Assembly: GCA_965204535.1 (NCBI GenBank)
Contig: OZ241996.1
Coordinates: 160,001-224,000, forward strand
Direction of reading: 5' to 3'
Source of the DNA: a bacterium
Lineage (GTDB): Bacteria > UBA8248
Length of the DNA: 64,000 bases
This document shows, in pieces, positions 50,155 to 60,108 of this stretch. The notes under the pieces are model-generated. The model did not search any database, had not been told where the DNA came from, and worked only from the letters and a program-made list of their open reading frames with translations. Position numbers and translations under genes: made by a program. Each line of letters begins with the position of its first letter. Positions within the stretch are counted from its first letter, which is position 1.

Positions 50155-51042
50155 ATGAAGACAACCGAGGAAGCTACCAAGGGCCTTTTTGTACTGGCTG
50201 GACGGGTGCCATTGAATATTGCGCCTGAGAAAGCCGAAGAACTAGTAAAGGAGGTGTTCGGCAACGATGAATGGGAACTGCGACCAAGCCGGACTAAAGC
50301 CAATTTCTACGCTGTAGTCGAAGAGCGGGCAGTATATCTGTCGTTCGCTGGGTTAGCGAGTCTGTGGTGTCTAACATTCACTGCATATTGTGTAATGGAT
50401 ATTGCCTCTCGAAGTACACGTGACAATGACTTTCAGGGGTCTCAAATCGATATCAGCAATCAGTGGAACGAACTGAAGCTTGATGCTTACCTGAACTATG
50501 CCCGCCGCCTTTTCCGCGCTGATGAGCAGTGGCCGGAAGGACTCAGAGCGCCAGTAAGTGATGCAGAATTTGACTCTGTTGATGGGCGAATCAACAATCT
50601 TTTTTATGGCTCTCTAAGTTGGATTCTGCTTCACGAAATTGCTCATATTTATCACGGAGATTTGCGGTTACTGCCGGCTTCGATGAAAGTTGTGCAAGAG
50701 TTTCGAGCGGATGAATTCGCTACGAATTGGATTTTAGATAATGCTGGTTCTGGCCGTCAGCGAGAGTTTCGAGCACTTGCGATCACAGTTGCCCATGCTT
50801 GGCTCTTGTTGCATGAGGCAACGATAGGCCGAGGCTATGACCATCCGTTGGCGTTACAACGATTTTTAGGAGCTGTAAATCAGTTGGAATTGAAAAATCG
50901 AAGCACCGCGCTGGAAAATGCCGCCTATATGCTAAAGGCGATCTTCGATCCCGAATCAGTGATGCCGACGGCGTTGTTGGCGCATGAAGCATTCGAGTGG
51001 GTGAGTAAACGGATTGCCGAGCAGTTCAGAGAGACACATTAG
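50155..51042 (+). CDS. lit: Lit-like phage-exclusion peptidase (U49)
   Basis: WILLHEIAHIYHGD...EFRADEFA...HP...R. Confidence 0.72.
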   Translation: MKTTEEATKGLFVLAGRVPLNIAPEKAEELVKEVFGNDEWELRPSRTKANFYAVVEERAVYLSFAGLASLWCLTFTAYCVMDIASRSTRDNDFQGSQIDISNQWNELKLDAYLNYARRLFRADEQWPEGLRAPVSDAEFDSVDGRINNLFYGSLSWILLHEIAHIYHGDLRLLPASMKVVQEFRADEFATNWILDNAGSGRQREFRALAITVAHAWLLLHEATIGRGYDHPLALQRFLGAVNQLELKNRSTALENAAYMLKAIFDPESVMPTALLAHEAFEWVSKRIAEQFRETH

Positions 51043-51189
51043 AAGAGTCCAATCTCTTCTATATGTACCGCTCGGTAGCCAACCGACGGGAGATTCAGTT
51101 TACTTTATTCATGAATAGTACCGCAATCAATCGTGCATTCCGAGAGTCTCGTGGCATTGAAGTCTACCTTTGGACGCATCATGTTCTGC

Positions 51190-51422
51190 GCGTTAAACTT
51201 GGCACCGCAGCAGCGACTCCAGAAAGCCCAATACCTTCCCCCGCGTCAGCTTCTTGCGGAACGCGACAGACCCGTCCGGGCGCGCCCCGTCGATTTGAAA
51301 ACCCGTTTCGCCAGAGCGATCCCGAAGATGTGTAACTGTTCATGAATTCCCTTCCTGCAGGGCGGTAAACTATGTCGCCTTACCACAGTGTGATATTGCG
51401 AGGAGGGCACGTCCACCCCATC
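51190..51422 (-). pseudogene. IS110 (IS1111-type) 5' remnant, frameshifted
   Basis: Minus strand reads FGIALAKRVF then, after a frameshift, DGARPDGSVAFRKKLTRGKVLGFL; end motif GTCCACCCCATC. Confidence 0.65.
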
Positions 51423-51764
51423 GGATACGGACAGGAACCCTCCGAGATGCGCAGGAGTTTGAATTCATCCGCTTCCGATTTGATTACTTCTTACAGAGAG
51501 CTAATTCCGATCAAGATCAAGAACCACACATATTTCTCAATAATATCAACGGAATAGCGGAATTCCCTACCTGCCGAAAATCCCCCACCCTCTCTAACCA
51601 CGCGGGAGAGCGGGATTCGCCGAAGGTCTCGCGCCGTGATTTCGCTTGGACGGTACGCTTGATTCGGGGACCGGGCCGGTCTATGATGGAGGCCACGTTC
51701 ACGAGCAGTCTGTGGACCGGAACCGTGCAGGGGATACCAGACCACCCGCCCGCAAGGCGAACGA

Positions 51765-52682
51765 ATGACCGGAGAGCTTCCCTTCGACACTTCCGATCTG
51801 GAATCGTCGGCGATTTCCCCCTTCAGGGAGCTGGGCGCCTACGAGGCGCTCTGGAACGAGGAGGGGATGTCTTTCCGGAAACTCGCGGAAAGGCGCCGCC
51901 GGCGGCCCGGTTCCATGCTGTCCGATTTCGTGTCGAGGTCGGACGCCCGCGACTTCGCCCACCGCGTTCGCGACATGCTGTCCGAGGCCGGAATCGAGGG
52001 GTTCGGCATACGCGTGCACGGCGCGGGAGAATACCCCCTCAAGCTCAGGGATGCCGCGAACCCCGTGGAGTTGCTCTATTACCGGGGCTGGTGGGACCTG
52101 GTTCATACGCGCTGCGTGGCGGTGGTCGGCGCGAGGAAAGCCTCACCGGAAGGGATCGCGCGCACGCGCCGTCTGGTCGGGAAGCTCGTCGCCGACGATT
52201 TCACGGTTGTTTCGGGACTGGCCGGAGGGGTCGATGCGGCCGCGCACGCCGCGGCGATCGACTCGGGCGGCAGGACGATAGGGGTGATGGGAACGCCGAT
52301 ATCCCGGGCCTACCCGCAAGCGAATGCGGAACTCCAGGAGCGGATCGCCGCCGGGCATCTGCTGATCAGCCAGGTTCCCGTCTGGCGTCATTCCCGGCAG
52401 GGCCCGAAGAGAAACAGGCTTTTCTTCCCGGAGCGCAACATCACGATGTCGGCCCTCACCGAGGCGACCGTCATCGTCGAGGCCGGCGAGACGTCGGGGA
52501 CGCTGATCCAGGCGCGCGCCGCGCTGCAACAGGGGCGGAAGCTGTTCATTCTCGACAACTGCTTCCAGAATCCGAAACTCGCGTGGCCCGCGAAATTCGC
52601 CGGGAAAGGCGCCGTCCGGGTCCGGGAATACAGCGACATCGGGCGGCATCTTGACGACGCTCAGACTCTCCAGGATCGATGA
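51765..52682 (+). CDS. DprA/Smf (SLOG) protein, ShosA-like
   Basis: YP..L, VAVVGAR, VVSGLAGGVD..AH, F..RN..MSAL, VEAGETSGTLIQA. Confidence 0.85.
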   Translation: MTGELPFDTSDLESSAISPFRELGAYEALWNEEGMSFRKLAERRRRRPGSMLSDFVSRSDARDFAHRVRDMLSEAGIEGFGIRVHGAGEYPLKLRDAANPVELLYYRGWWDLVHTRCVAVVGARKASPEGIARTRRLVGKLVADDFTVVSGLAGGVDAAAHAAAIDSGGRTIGVMGTPISRAYPQANAELQERIAAGHLLISQVPVWRHSRQGPKRNRLFFPERNITMSALTEATVIVEAGETSGTLIQARAALQQGRKLFILDNCFQNPKLAWPAKFAGKGAVRVREYSDIGRHLDDAQTLQDR

Positions 52683-53274
52683 CCTGACGCGCGGGGACCA
52701 CTCGCGCCTCGAGCGTGAAGACCGGTGTTATTTCCTCGGGGAGTACACGCCGCGGGAGGGGTTTTCCTTCAGCGATACGAACGGCCTCGTATCGGATTTC
52801 AAGAAGCCGGTGACGAAAAAAGGGAAACCCGAATGGAAATGGAAAGAGCGCGCGATCCGCGAGGTGGCGGCGCTGTTTCGGAAATCGATTCCCCTGAACC
52901 CTCTCCGGAACATGACCCTGGTTCCCATCCCGCCGTCAAGGGCGAGAGACGATCCGGAACACGACGACCGGATGCTGCGCGCGCTCCGTCAACTCGGAAG
53001 AGGAGAGGAGTTCGACGTTCGTGAGTTGATCCTGCAGCACGAAAGCACGGAGGCGGCCCACACGAGCGCGCGCCGGCCCGGCGTGGGGGATCTCGTCGGC
53101 AACTACCGCATCGACGAGAGCCTGGCGGAACCGCCTCCCCGAGACGTCGCGCTGTTCGATGACGTGCTTACCAGCGGCGCCCATTTCAAGGCGGCGCAAA
53201 GCGTTCTCCGTGACCGGTACCCGGATGTTTTCGTCGTCGGGATTTTCATCGCCCGGCGCGTGATAAACAGATGA
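52651..53274 (+). CDS. Phosphoribosyltransferase-like protein, ShosT-like
   Basis: LVPIPPS and LFDDVLTSGAHF PRPP-binding motif; overlaps the dprA-like gene. Confidence 0.75.
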   Translation: MTTLRLSRIDDLTRGDHSRLEREDRCYFLGEYTPREGFSFSDTNGLVSDFKKPVTKKGKPEWKWKERAIREVAALFRKSIPLNPLRNMTLVPIPPSRARDDPEHDDRMLRALRQLGRGEEFDVRELILQHESTEAAHTSARRPGVGDLVGNYRIDESLAEPPPRDVALFDDVLTSGAHFKAAQSVLRDRYPDVFVVGIFIARRVINR

Positions 53275-53454
53275 TACGCCGCAGGACGACTCCGGGATGA
53301 ACGCGGCGTTGCGCGCAAGGATGCCGCGCCCGCTGAAAATCCCCCACCCTCTATAAACACGCGGAAGAGCCGGATGCGCGCCCCCTCCCGCCGGGAGGGG
53401 GGCCGCGATGAAGCGGGGCGGGAGGAACGGCCCGCGCTTCCCCCGGGTCCGCCC

Positions 53455-56400
53455 CTACCACCGCATCGAGCCCCTGAGCGCCACGCCGTGGACGGAAGCG
53501 CCCCCGTCCCTCTCGCGCAGGTCGCCCTCGAGGCTCATGGTGAGGGACTCGGCGAGCCGGAAGCGCCCGCCGGCGCGGTACGTCTCCCCGCTCCCGGTGA
53601 GGGTGAAGCCGGTGTAGGGCGTCAGGAGTCCGCCCCAGGCGTCGAGGCCCCAGCCCGCCTCGGCGTCGAAGCCCGCCACGGGGTCGAACGCTCCTCCCGC
53701 GAAGCTCCCCCCGGCCCGGGACCAGAGCCGCTCGGCGCCGCCCGCGGCCGCGCCCCAGGAAGAACCCGCCCGGAGCGTGAGGCCCCGTCCGTCCGAACCC
53801 GGCGCGTACCCCACCGAGGCGCTCACGCCCCATTCCTCATAACCGCCCTCGTTGTGGGAGATGAGGCCGCGCGCTCTCACCTCCGCCGTCAGGGCGCCCG
53901 AGGACCAGCGCAGGCCGCCGCCCGCCTCGACGCCCCCGCCCGTCTCCGCGTCGCCCGAATCGTTCCGGAACCCTATCTCCACCGAGGGCGTCAGCACCGC
54001 ATCGCCCATCTTGTACGAGCGCGAACCCTCGAGGGCGAGCCGCACCCGGCTCGTCCCCGCTTCGGTCTCCGCCAGGCCCGCCGCGGCGTCCGAGCGCGTG
54101 TCCGTCACGAGGACGTCCGCGCGGAGCGCGAGCTCGAACCCGCCCGGCGCCCGCGCGGGCAGGAGGACGCCGCGCGCCCCTCCCGCCGCCACCCCCATAT
54201 CGAGGTCGGCGTCCATCGACTCAGCCCCCCCGGGCGTGAGCGTCATCCCGCCCGAACCCAGGCCCACCACGCCCCAGAGCGAGAACGACCCGCTCACCCG
54301 GTAGCGCGCGTAGGGCCAGACGCCCGTGAGGGTGCTCTCCACCTCGCCCGCGCAGCCCGTATCGCACGCGCCGCCCATTTTGTACGAGCCGTCGCCCGAA
54401 CTCCGCGAGAGCGCCACGCCCACCAGCCAGCGCGACCGCTCGTAGTCGAAGCCCACGGTCGCCGTCGTCACGTCGCCCTCGAGCGAGAGACCGCCCCCGG
54501 CGCCCTCGAACGAGGAGCGCGCCCCGCGGCCCCACAGCGACCAGCGCGAGCCGGCGTCCATATTCTCCGCCGAGGCCATGTGAAACGAACTCGCGAGCAG
54601 GAGGTCGCTCATCGAGACCTCGCGCACCGAAGGCGCCGGCATCTCCTCGCCGCGCCCGAGACGGGCGTCCCTCTCCTTCAAGAGGGCCTCGGCGAGGCGC
54701 GACTCGATGGCCTCGCGCTCCGCCTTGCCGCCCGTGAGGCTGTGGCCGCCCAGCACGACGCCCGCGGCGGCGCCGCCCCCGATGCGCGCGCCCACCGCTT
54801 CCACCACGTTCTCCGCCGCCGTGCGCCCGAACCGCGACAGCCACATCGCCTGCAGCGGGTCGTCGTTCCTGATGACCCCCTTCGCCTCGCGGTGCATCTT
54901 GCGCAGATACGCCCCCTGCGGGTTCGAGAGCGTGAGACTGAACGTCTCCTTGCCCTCGTCATGCGAGTCGTCGAGCAGCGCCACCGAGACCGTCTTCGCC
55001 GTCTCGCCCGGCGCGAAGGTCAGCGTGCCGGACGCGGCCGTGTAGTCCGCCCCCGCCGCCGCCGTGCCGTCCTTCGTCGCGTAGTCCACCGAGACCTCGT
55101 GCGACGCCGCGCGGCTCAGCGTCACCGCGAAGTCGAGCGAGGCGTCCTTGCCCTCCTTCGCCCGCGCGTCCGCGACCCGGATGCGCGCCGGGCCCCGGAC
55201 CTTCGCCGACGCCTCGCCGAGCGCGATCTTCACGTCCTTCCAGGAACTCGGCGCGACGCGCACCCGCCACAGCACCGGGTCCAGCGGCTCCACGCCCGTG
55301 ACCGTCCCGGCCGTCACCGTGAACGCCTCCGGGGCCGGCTTCGAGCCCGACTGCACGTCCAGCGCGAACGCCGTCCGCCCGTCATGCTCCGCCGGGACCT
55401 TGCCGAACGCCACCGTCACGGTCTGGGCCTCTTCTTCCGGCGGGGTCTGTTCCTCGGGCACCTGCGCCTGCACCTGCGCCTCGGTCACCTCGATGCGGTA
55501 GTCCGTGGTCGTCAACCCCGGTTGGAGCACCGTCACCTCCAGCCTGGTCGGGCCGTCCGGCGACAGCGGCAGCGCCGCCGCCGTGCCGGAGCCATGGACC
55601 CGCTGCCGCGACAGAAGCGTCAGATGCGGCGCCGGCCGGCGCGAGCGCGCCCACACGGTCGGCGCGGCCGCCGCGCCCCACGACGGTTCCAGCGACACCT
55701 CACGGGTCCCCGCCGGGACCTCCGCCCGGTACGACGTCACCCCCGGCGAGAAGGCCGGAACCAGCGCCACCGCCTCCGAGCCCGCCGTGAGCGCAAGACC
55801 GCTCAGCGGACCGCCCGCCGCCGCCGTCTGCGGCGCCGCCGCCCCGGCCACCTCGATGCGGTACGTCGTGGTCGTCCCCTGCCGCGGCTTCCCCGAACCG
55901 TCCGGCTCGATCACCGTCACCTCCAGCCCGGTCGGGCCGGACGGCGACAGCGCCAGCGCCGCCGCCGTGCCGGAGGCATGGACCTGCGTCTGCGCCAGAA
56001 TCGTCGCCCCCCCGCTCGAAAGCAAGACCACGCTCGGCGAGCCGCCCAGCGCGGCCTCCGCGCCCCACGACGGCGCCAGCGACACGCCCGCCGTCCCCGC
56101 CGGGACCTCCGCCCGGTAGGACAGCACATTCGGCGAGAAGGCCGGGACCAGCGCCACCGCCTGCGAGCCGGCCGAGAGCGCAAGACCGCTCAGCGGACCG
56201 CCAGCCGCCGCGCGCGCCGCCGCCAGCCGCTGCTTCTCCGCCTCCGCGGCCGCCTCCGCCGCGAGCCGCGCCGCCTCCGTCTCCGCGTCCTCGTGGTTCG
56301 TAATCCGCAGGGTGAGCTCGGCAGCGCCCATGTAGGTCAGCAGGCTTGTCCGCCTGCTGCACGTCGGGCAGTTCTCTACTTGCCCGCCGGTGTACTGAAT

Positions 56401-57909
56401 ACCCGCATGGTCCGCCCTGACGCCGATGTCGATCGTCTCGCCGGAGTCCTCGTGCGGGTCGTCGACGACGTGAATCTCGAAGCTCGCGCTCCGGCTCCCC
56501 GAAGGGATGTGCAGCAGGTTCGCGGCCTGGACGGTCTCGGAAGACGTCCTTCCGAACCAGCCTTTGCCCTCGTTGCGCACCGGCCTCCTGTAATCGTCAT
56601 ATTCCGGGCCGGCCGGTACCGGCGTGCGGTAGTCCTCCCCCCAGGTCGCCGTGCCGCCGAGGTTGACGGTCACATTCACGCCGCCGTCAAGCGCCGGCTC
56701 GGGCAGCGTGACCGTCACCGTGACCGGCGCGGCGCCCTCGCGCGGCGCGCCGCTCGCGCTCAGGGCCGGACCGCTGGCGCTCAGGGCCGGCGAGGGGTCC
56801 GGCGCCGTCAGCCTCAACCCGACCTGCTGGCCGTCGCTCCATTGCGCGTTGACATTGTCCCATCGGAAAGTTCCTGCGGGGGCTGAACCAACGGTTAGCC
56901 GGGTTCCACCGAGATGCAACTCCAGCCCGGCAAGTCTCGACTGTGCTGCCGGGGTGGTTCTCAGAAATATCCTTTTAGTATTAGAGGCGTAATATAGTGC
57001 TTGGACTCGATAGGTCAGGCCCTCGTACACGAAGTCATCGTCCGTGAGCGCCACGGAGCAGTTTTCTTGCGTAGCGGTTCTATCGCAGCCAAGAAACACG
57101 CCGTCCTCATCGGCTGTCAGCGTCGAGCTCCAGACGGTGTTCCGCCCCGCGCCCGGGTCGACGTAGGGCACGCTGGGGGCGGGCATCTCCAGACTCACGC
57201 GAACCCGGCCCGACGCGGGCAGCGAGCCCAACCAAGAGTAGCCGTTTTCGCTTGGAGAGGCGTCTTCGACGCCATTCCGGTAGACGGAGAAACCGCCCAC
57301 AGCGCCGTCCGCCAGCGACCAGCGCGTGCTGCCGACAACCAGCGTCGCGCGCTGCGCGAAGGCAGCGGGGATGTTCCGATCCAACGCGATGTCGATCTGG
57401 TTTCGTCGAGTACCCGAGAAGAGATAGCTAGTAGACTGGAGAACCGCGACCCGGTAGGTCTGGCCGCCATAGCTGAAGCTGTCGTCCGTCAGCGCACCCC
57501 GGCAGCGATAGGTTGTTGAGACGAATCTCGGCTCCGTGCAACCGCGACCGACAATGTGACCGAAATGAGCCCGTGTGTAGTCGTAGTTCTGCACGTCCAG
57601 CATGGCGGACCAGAGGGTGACGGTATTCTGCGCCTGGGCCGGCGCGGCCGCGAACAGGCCGAGCGCGCCGAGCAGCAGCGCCAGCGCGGGGAGGAGGGCG
57701 AGGCGGCGCCACGGGGACGCTGACCGGCGCGCCGGGACCCTGCCGCCCCGGACTCGACGAAGCAGCCGCCGGATGGGGGAAGAGGGAGAGGAGCTTGCGT
57801 GCGCGCCCGCGAGGGCGGCGGCAGGCTCAGGCGGGAGGGAGCCCCTCGACAAACCCGGGACGGGCTCCGCCGGGGTTCGGGAAGCCGGCTTGCGGCGCCC
57901 GGGGCTCAT
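53455..57909 (-). CDS. Large autotransporter-like adhesin (Calx-beta, two cadherin-like repeats, C-terminal beta-barrel)
   Basis: Signal-like ..AAPAQA; duplicated LSGLAL..LVPAFSP.V.SYRAEVP; VSVDYAT.DGTA.AG.DY..ASGTLTF.PGET.KTV; amphipathic C-terminus ending in W. Confidence 0.85.
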   Translation of the reverse strand: MSPGRRKPASRTPAEPVPGLSRGSLPPEPAAALAGAHASSSPSSPIRRLLRRVRGGRVPARRSASPWRRLALLPALALLLGALGLFAAAPAQAQNTVTLWSAMLDVQNYDYTRAHFGHIVGRGCTEPRFVSTTYRCRGALTDDSFSYGGQTYRVAVLQSTSYLFSGTRRNQIDIALDRNIPAAFAQRATLVVGSTRWSLADGAVGGFSVYRNGVEDASPSENGYSWLGSLPASGRVRVSLEMPAPSVPYVDPGAGRNTVWSSTLTADEDGVFLGCDRTATQENCSVALTDDDFVYEGLTYRVQALYYASNTKRIFLRTTPAAQSRLAGLELHLGGTRLTVGSAPAGTFRWDNVNAQWSDGQQVGLRLTAPDPSPALSASGPALSASGAPREGAAPVTVTVTLPEPALDGGVNVTVNLGGTATWGEDYRTPVPAGPEYDDYRRPVRNEGKGWFGRTSSETVQAANLLHIPSGSRSASFEIHVVDDPHEDSGETIDIGVRADHAGIQYTGGQVENCPTCSRRTSLLTYMGAAELTLRITNHEDAETEAARLAAEAAAEAEKQRLAAARAAAGGPLSGLALSAGSQAVALVPAFSPNVLSYRAEVPAGTAGVSLAPSWGAEAALGGSPSVVLLSSGGATILAQTQVHASGTAAALALSPSGPTGLEVTVIEPDGSGKPRQGTTTTYRIEVAGAAAPQTAAAGGPLSGLALTAGSEAVALVPAFSPGVTSYRAEVPAGTREVSLEPSWGAAAAPTVWARSRRPAPHLTLLSRQRVHGSGTAAALPLSPDGPTRLEVTVLQPGLTTTDYRIEVTEAQVQAQVPEEQTPPEEEAQTVTVAFGKVPAEHDGRTAFALDVQSGSKPAPEAFTVTAGTVTGVEPLDPVLWRVRVAPSSWKDVKIALGEASAKVRGPARIRVADARAKEGKDASLDFAVTLSRAASHEVSVDYATKDGTAAAGADYTAASGTLTFAPGETAKTVSVALLDDSHDEGKETFSLTLSNPQGAYLRKMHREAKGVIRNDDPLQAMWLSRFGRTAAENVVEAVGARIGGGAAAGVVLGGHSLTGGKAEREAIESRLAEALLKERDARLGRGEEMPAPSVREVSMSDLLLASSFHMASAENMDAGSRWSLWGRGARSSFEGAGGGLSLEGDVTTATVGFDYERSRWLVGVALSRSSGDGSYKMGGACDTGCAGEVESTLTGVWPYARYRVSGSFSLWGVVGLGSGGMTLTPGGAESMDADLDMGVAAGGARGVLLPARAPGGFELALRADVLVTDTRSDAAAGLAETEAGTSRVRLALEGSRSYKMGDAVLTPSVEIGFRNDSGDAETGGGVEAGGGLRWSSGALTAEVRARGLISHNEGGYEEWGVSASVGYAPGSDGRGLTLRAGSSWGAAAGGAERLWSRAGGSFAGGAFDPVAGFDAEAGWGLDAWGGLLTPYTGFTLTGSGETYRAGGRFRLAESLTMSLEGDLRERDGGASVHGVALRGSMRW

Positions 57910-57920
57910 GCCGTTCTCTT

Positions 57921-58008
57921 CGGATGACGGATGACGGATGACGGATGACGGATGACGGATGACGGATGACGGATGACGGATGACGGATGACGGATGACGG
58001 ATGACGGA
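57921..58008. repeat. Heptanucleotide tandem repeat (CGGATGA) x12 plus partial unit
   Basis: Directly visible. Confidence 0.97.
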
Positions 58009-58265
58009 CTGTAGCCGATGCCGACTCCGCTTGCAAGTCCCGGTTGGCTTCCCTAGAGCGCTGTCTCATTTTCCTGCTCCTCCCTCTTTCCCGGTATTGT
58101 GATTTCTCGCGATGAGGACACCCGGCTCCCTTCAGTCGGAAGGAAAGCATCCCCCAGACACCATAACCACCCGATATATCTGCCTGCACGTGCATGGAAT
58201 TATACAAGTGTGATATGTATTTAATGTGAGGTTTTGGGCTTCAGTCGTGTTATTTTCATGAGAAA

Positions 58266-59597
58266 ATGCGGTTGGATGCGTCGCCGCTCCCGAATTCGGC
58301 AGAAATGCTCCAGTTCTTCCGCATCATCAACGAGCAGGCCGACCACATGCGGGACCTGATCAGCAACCTGCTGGACGCGGGGCGCATCGACGCGGGCACG
58401 TTGTCGGTCGCGCCCGAGTCCTCGGAGGTGGCGGCGCTGGTGGACCAGGCAAGAAACACGTTCCTGAGCAGCGGCGGCCGACACCCCCTCCTCATCGACC
58501 TTCCGCCGGATTTGCCCCGGGTGATGGCGGACCGCCAGCGCATGGTCCAGGTTCTGAACAACCTCTTGTCCAACGCGGCGAGGCATTCTACGGAATCCTC
58601 CCCGATTCGGATCGCCGCGGAACACAAGGAAGAGTACGTCGCGGTCTCGGTCTCCGACGAAGGCCGGGGCGTAGCGCCCGAACTGCTGCCCCGCCTGTTC
58701 GAGAAGCACGCCGGCGTCGCCAACGCAGACGAGGCAGGCGGGTTTGGCCGGAGCGGCTTGGGCCTTGCCATCTGCAAGGGTCTGGTCGAGGCCCACGGGG
58801 GCCGCATCCGGGCGGAGAGCGGCGGTCCGGGCCAGGGAACCTGCTTCACCTTCACCATCGCGACGGCAGGGGAGGCGGGCGAGGGCGCTGACGAGCGGCC
58901 GCCCCGGGAAGCGCGTGAGCCGACGCGCATTCTCGTGGTGGACGACGACCCGCAGACGCTGCGTTTCGTTCGCGACACGCTTACGGAGGCGGGTTACGCC
59001 CCGCTCGTCACGGGCGAGGCGCGGGAGCTCTCCCGGCTCATCCGGGCCGAGAATCCCCAGCTGGTCCTGCTGGATCTGGTGCTGCCGGGGGCCGACGGGA
59101 TCGAACTGATGGAAAGCGTCCCGGAACTCGCCGACCTGCCTGTGATCTTCATCTCGGGCTACGGACGGGACGAGACCATCGCCAAGGCCCTGAAGAGCGG
59201 AGCCGCCGACTATATCGTCAAGCCCTTCTCGGGGACCGAGCTGACGGCGAGGGTCGGGGCAGCCCTGCGCCACAGGGTCGAGCCCGAACCCTTCCTCATG
59301 GGGGAGCTGGCCATCCACTACGATCTGCGCCGGGTGACCATGGCTGGGCGCCGGTTGGAACTGACGGCGACCGAATACGAACTGTTGCGCCTGCTCTCAC
59401 TCCGCGCGGGGCGGGTATTGACCTGCGATTCGTTGCTGCGCCAGATATGGGGCATACACGACCCGGACGACCCAAAGCTGGTGCGCACGTTCGTGAAGCA
59501 GCTCCGCCGGAAGCTCGGCGATGACGCGGCCCGGCCCACCTGGATCCTGACCGAGCGCGGGGTCGGCTACCGCATGGCCGCACCCGAAAACCCCTGA
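58266..59597 (+). CDS. N-terminally truncated HATPase-receiver-winged helix fusion (hybrid two-component protein)
   Basis: NLLSNA, DEGRG, GLGL boxes; ILVVDDD/LDL/KPF receiver; LTATEYELL, LRRKL, RGVGY output; H-box absent. Confidence 0.75.
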   Translation: MRLDASPLPNSAEMLQFFRIINEQADHMRDLISNLLDAGRIDAGTLSVAPESSEVAALVDQARNTFLSSGGRHPLLIDLPPDLPRVMADRQRMVQVLNNLLSNAARHSTESSPIRIAAEHKEEYVAVSVSDEGRGVAPELLPRLFEKHAGVANADEAGGFGRSGLGLAICKGLVEAHGGRIRAESGGPGQGTCFTFTIATAGEAGEGADERPPREAREPTRILVVDDDPQTLRFVRDTLTEAGYAPLVTGEARELSRLIRAENPQLVLLDLVLPGADGIELMESVPELADLPVIFISGYGRDETIAKALKSGAADYIVKPFSGTELTARVGAALRHRVEPEPFLMGELAIHYDLRRVTMAGRRLELTATEYELLRLLSLRAGRVLTCDSLLRQIWGIHDPDDPKLVRTFVKQLRRKLGDDAARPTWILTERGVGYRMAAPENP

Positions 59598-59716
59598 GAG
59601 CCCTGCGCTTCGGGCCAGGGCGGGCAGCCCCGCTCTGTTCCGGATGTCCGAAGTCGCAGCCTTTGACGCACAGGATGTGAATCCGCTGCGGCAAGACGGA
59701 TCAGGAGGGTAGGGGC

Positions 59717-60079
59717 GTGGTGCAGTTTCTGGGCGAGCCGACGGTGGCGCGCGTCCGGGCCTGGCTTCTGGAGGCAGGCCTGACGAAGGGGCCGCTGTTC
59801 CGGCCGCTGTTCAAGTCGGGCCGGCTGCGGGAAGGGCGCCTGACGGAGAGGAGCATCCGCCGCATCATCATCCAGCGCGCCCGGGACGCGGGCGTGGAGG
59901 GGCGCATCAGCGGGCACAGCCTGCGCGTGGGCAGCGCATTGAGTCTGGCGAGCGCCGGGGCTTCCCTGGCCGGGATGCAGGTCGCAGGCCGCCAGCGATC
60001 GCCGGCCATGCCGGGGCGCTACGCCCAGGGACAACTCGCGAAACAGGGCCCGATGGCGAGGCTGCGCTACGGGCGGTGA
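59717..60079 (+). pseudogene. C-terminal fragment of a tyrosine recombinase
   Basis: GPLFR, SGHSLRVG, RY; lacks N-terminal domains and the first catalytic Arg. Confidence 0.7.
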
Positions 60080-60108
60080 GGTCCGCCCGTCTTCTCCCGA
60101 ATATCTCC

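Noticed and set aside
51765-53274. Competence dprA-comF locus
   Set aside because: Island context, overlapping two-gene layout and absence of the ComF zinc finger fit the ShosTA-like defence pair better.
53374-56886. 1170-aa plus-strand ORF and similar long antisense ORFs (e.g. 2982-4637, 10340-12067, 62771-63925)
   Set aside because: Shadows of recognisable genes on the opposite strand in GC-rich DNA; low-complexity Arg/Ala/Pro translations.
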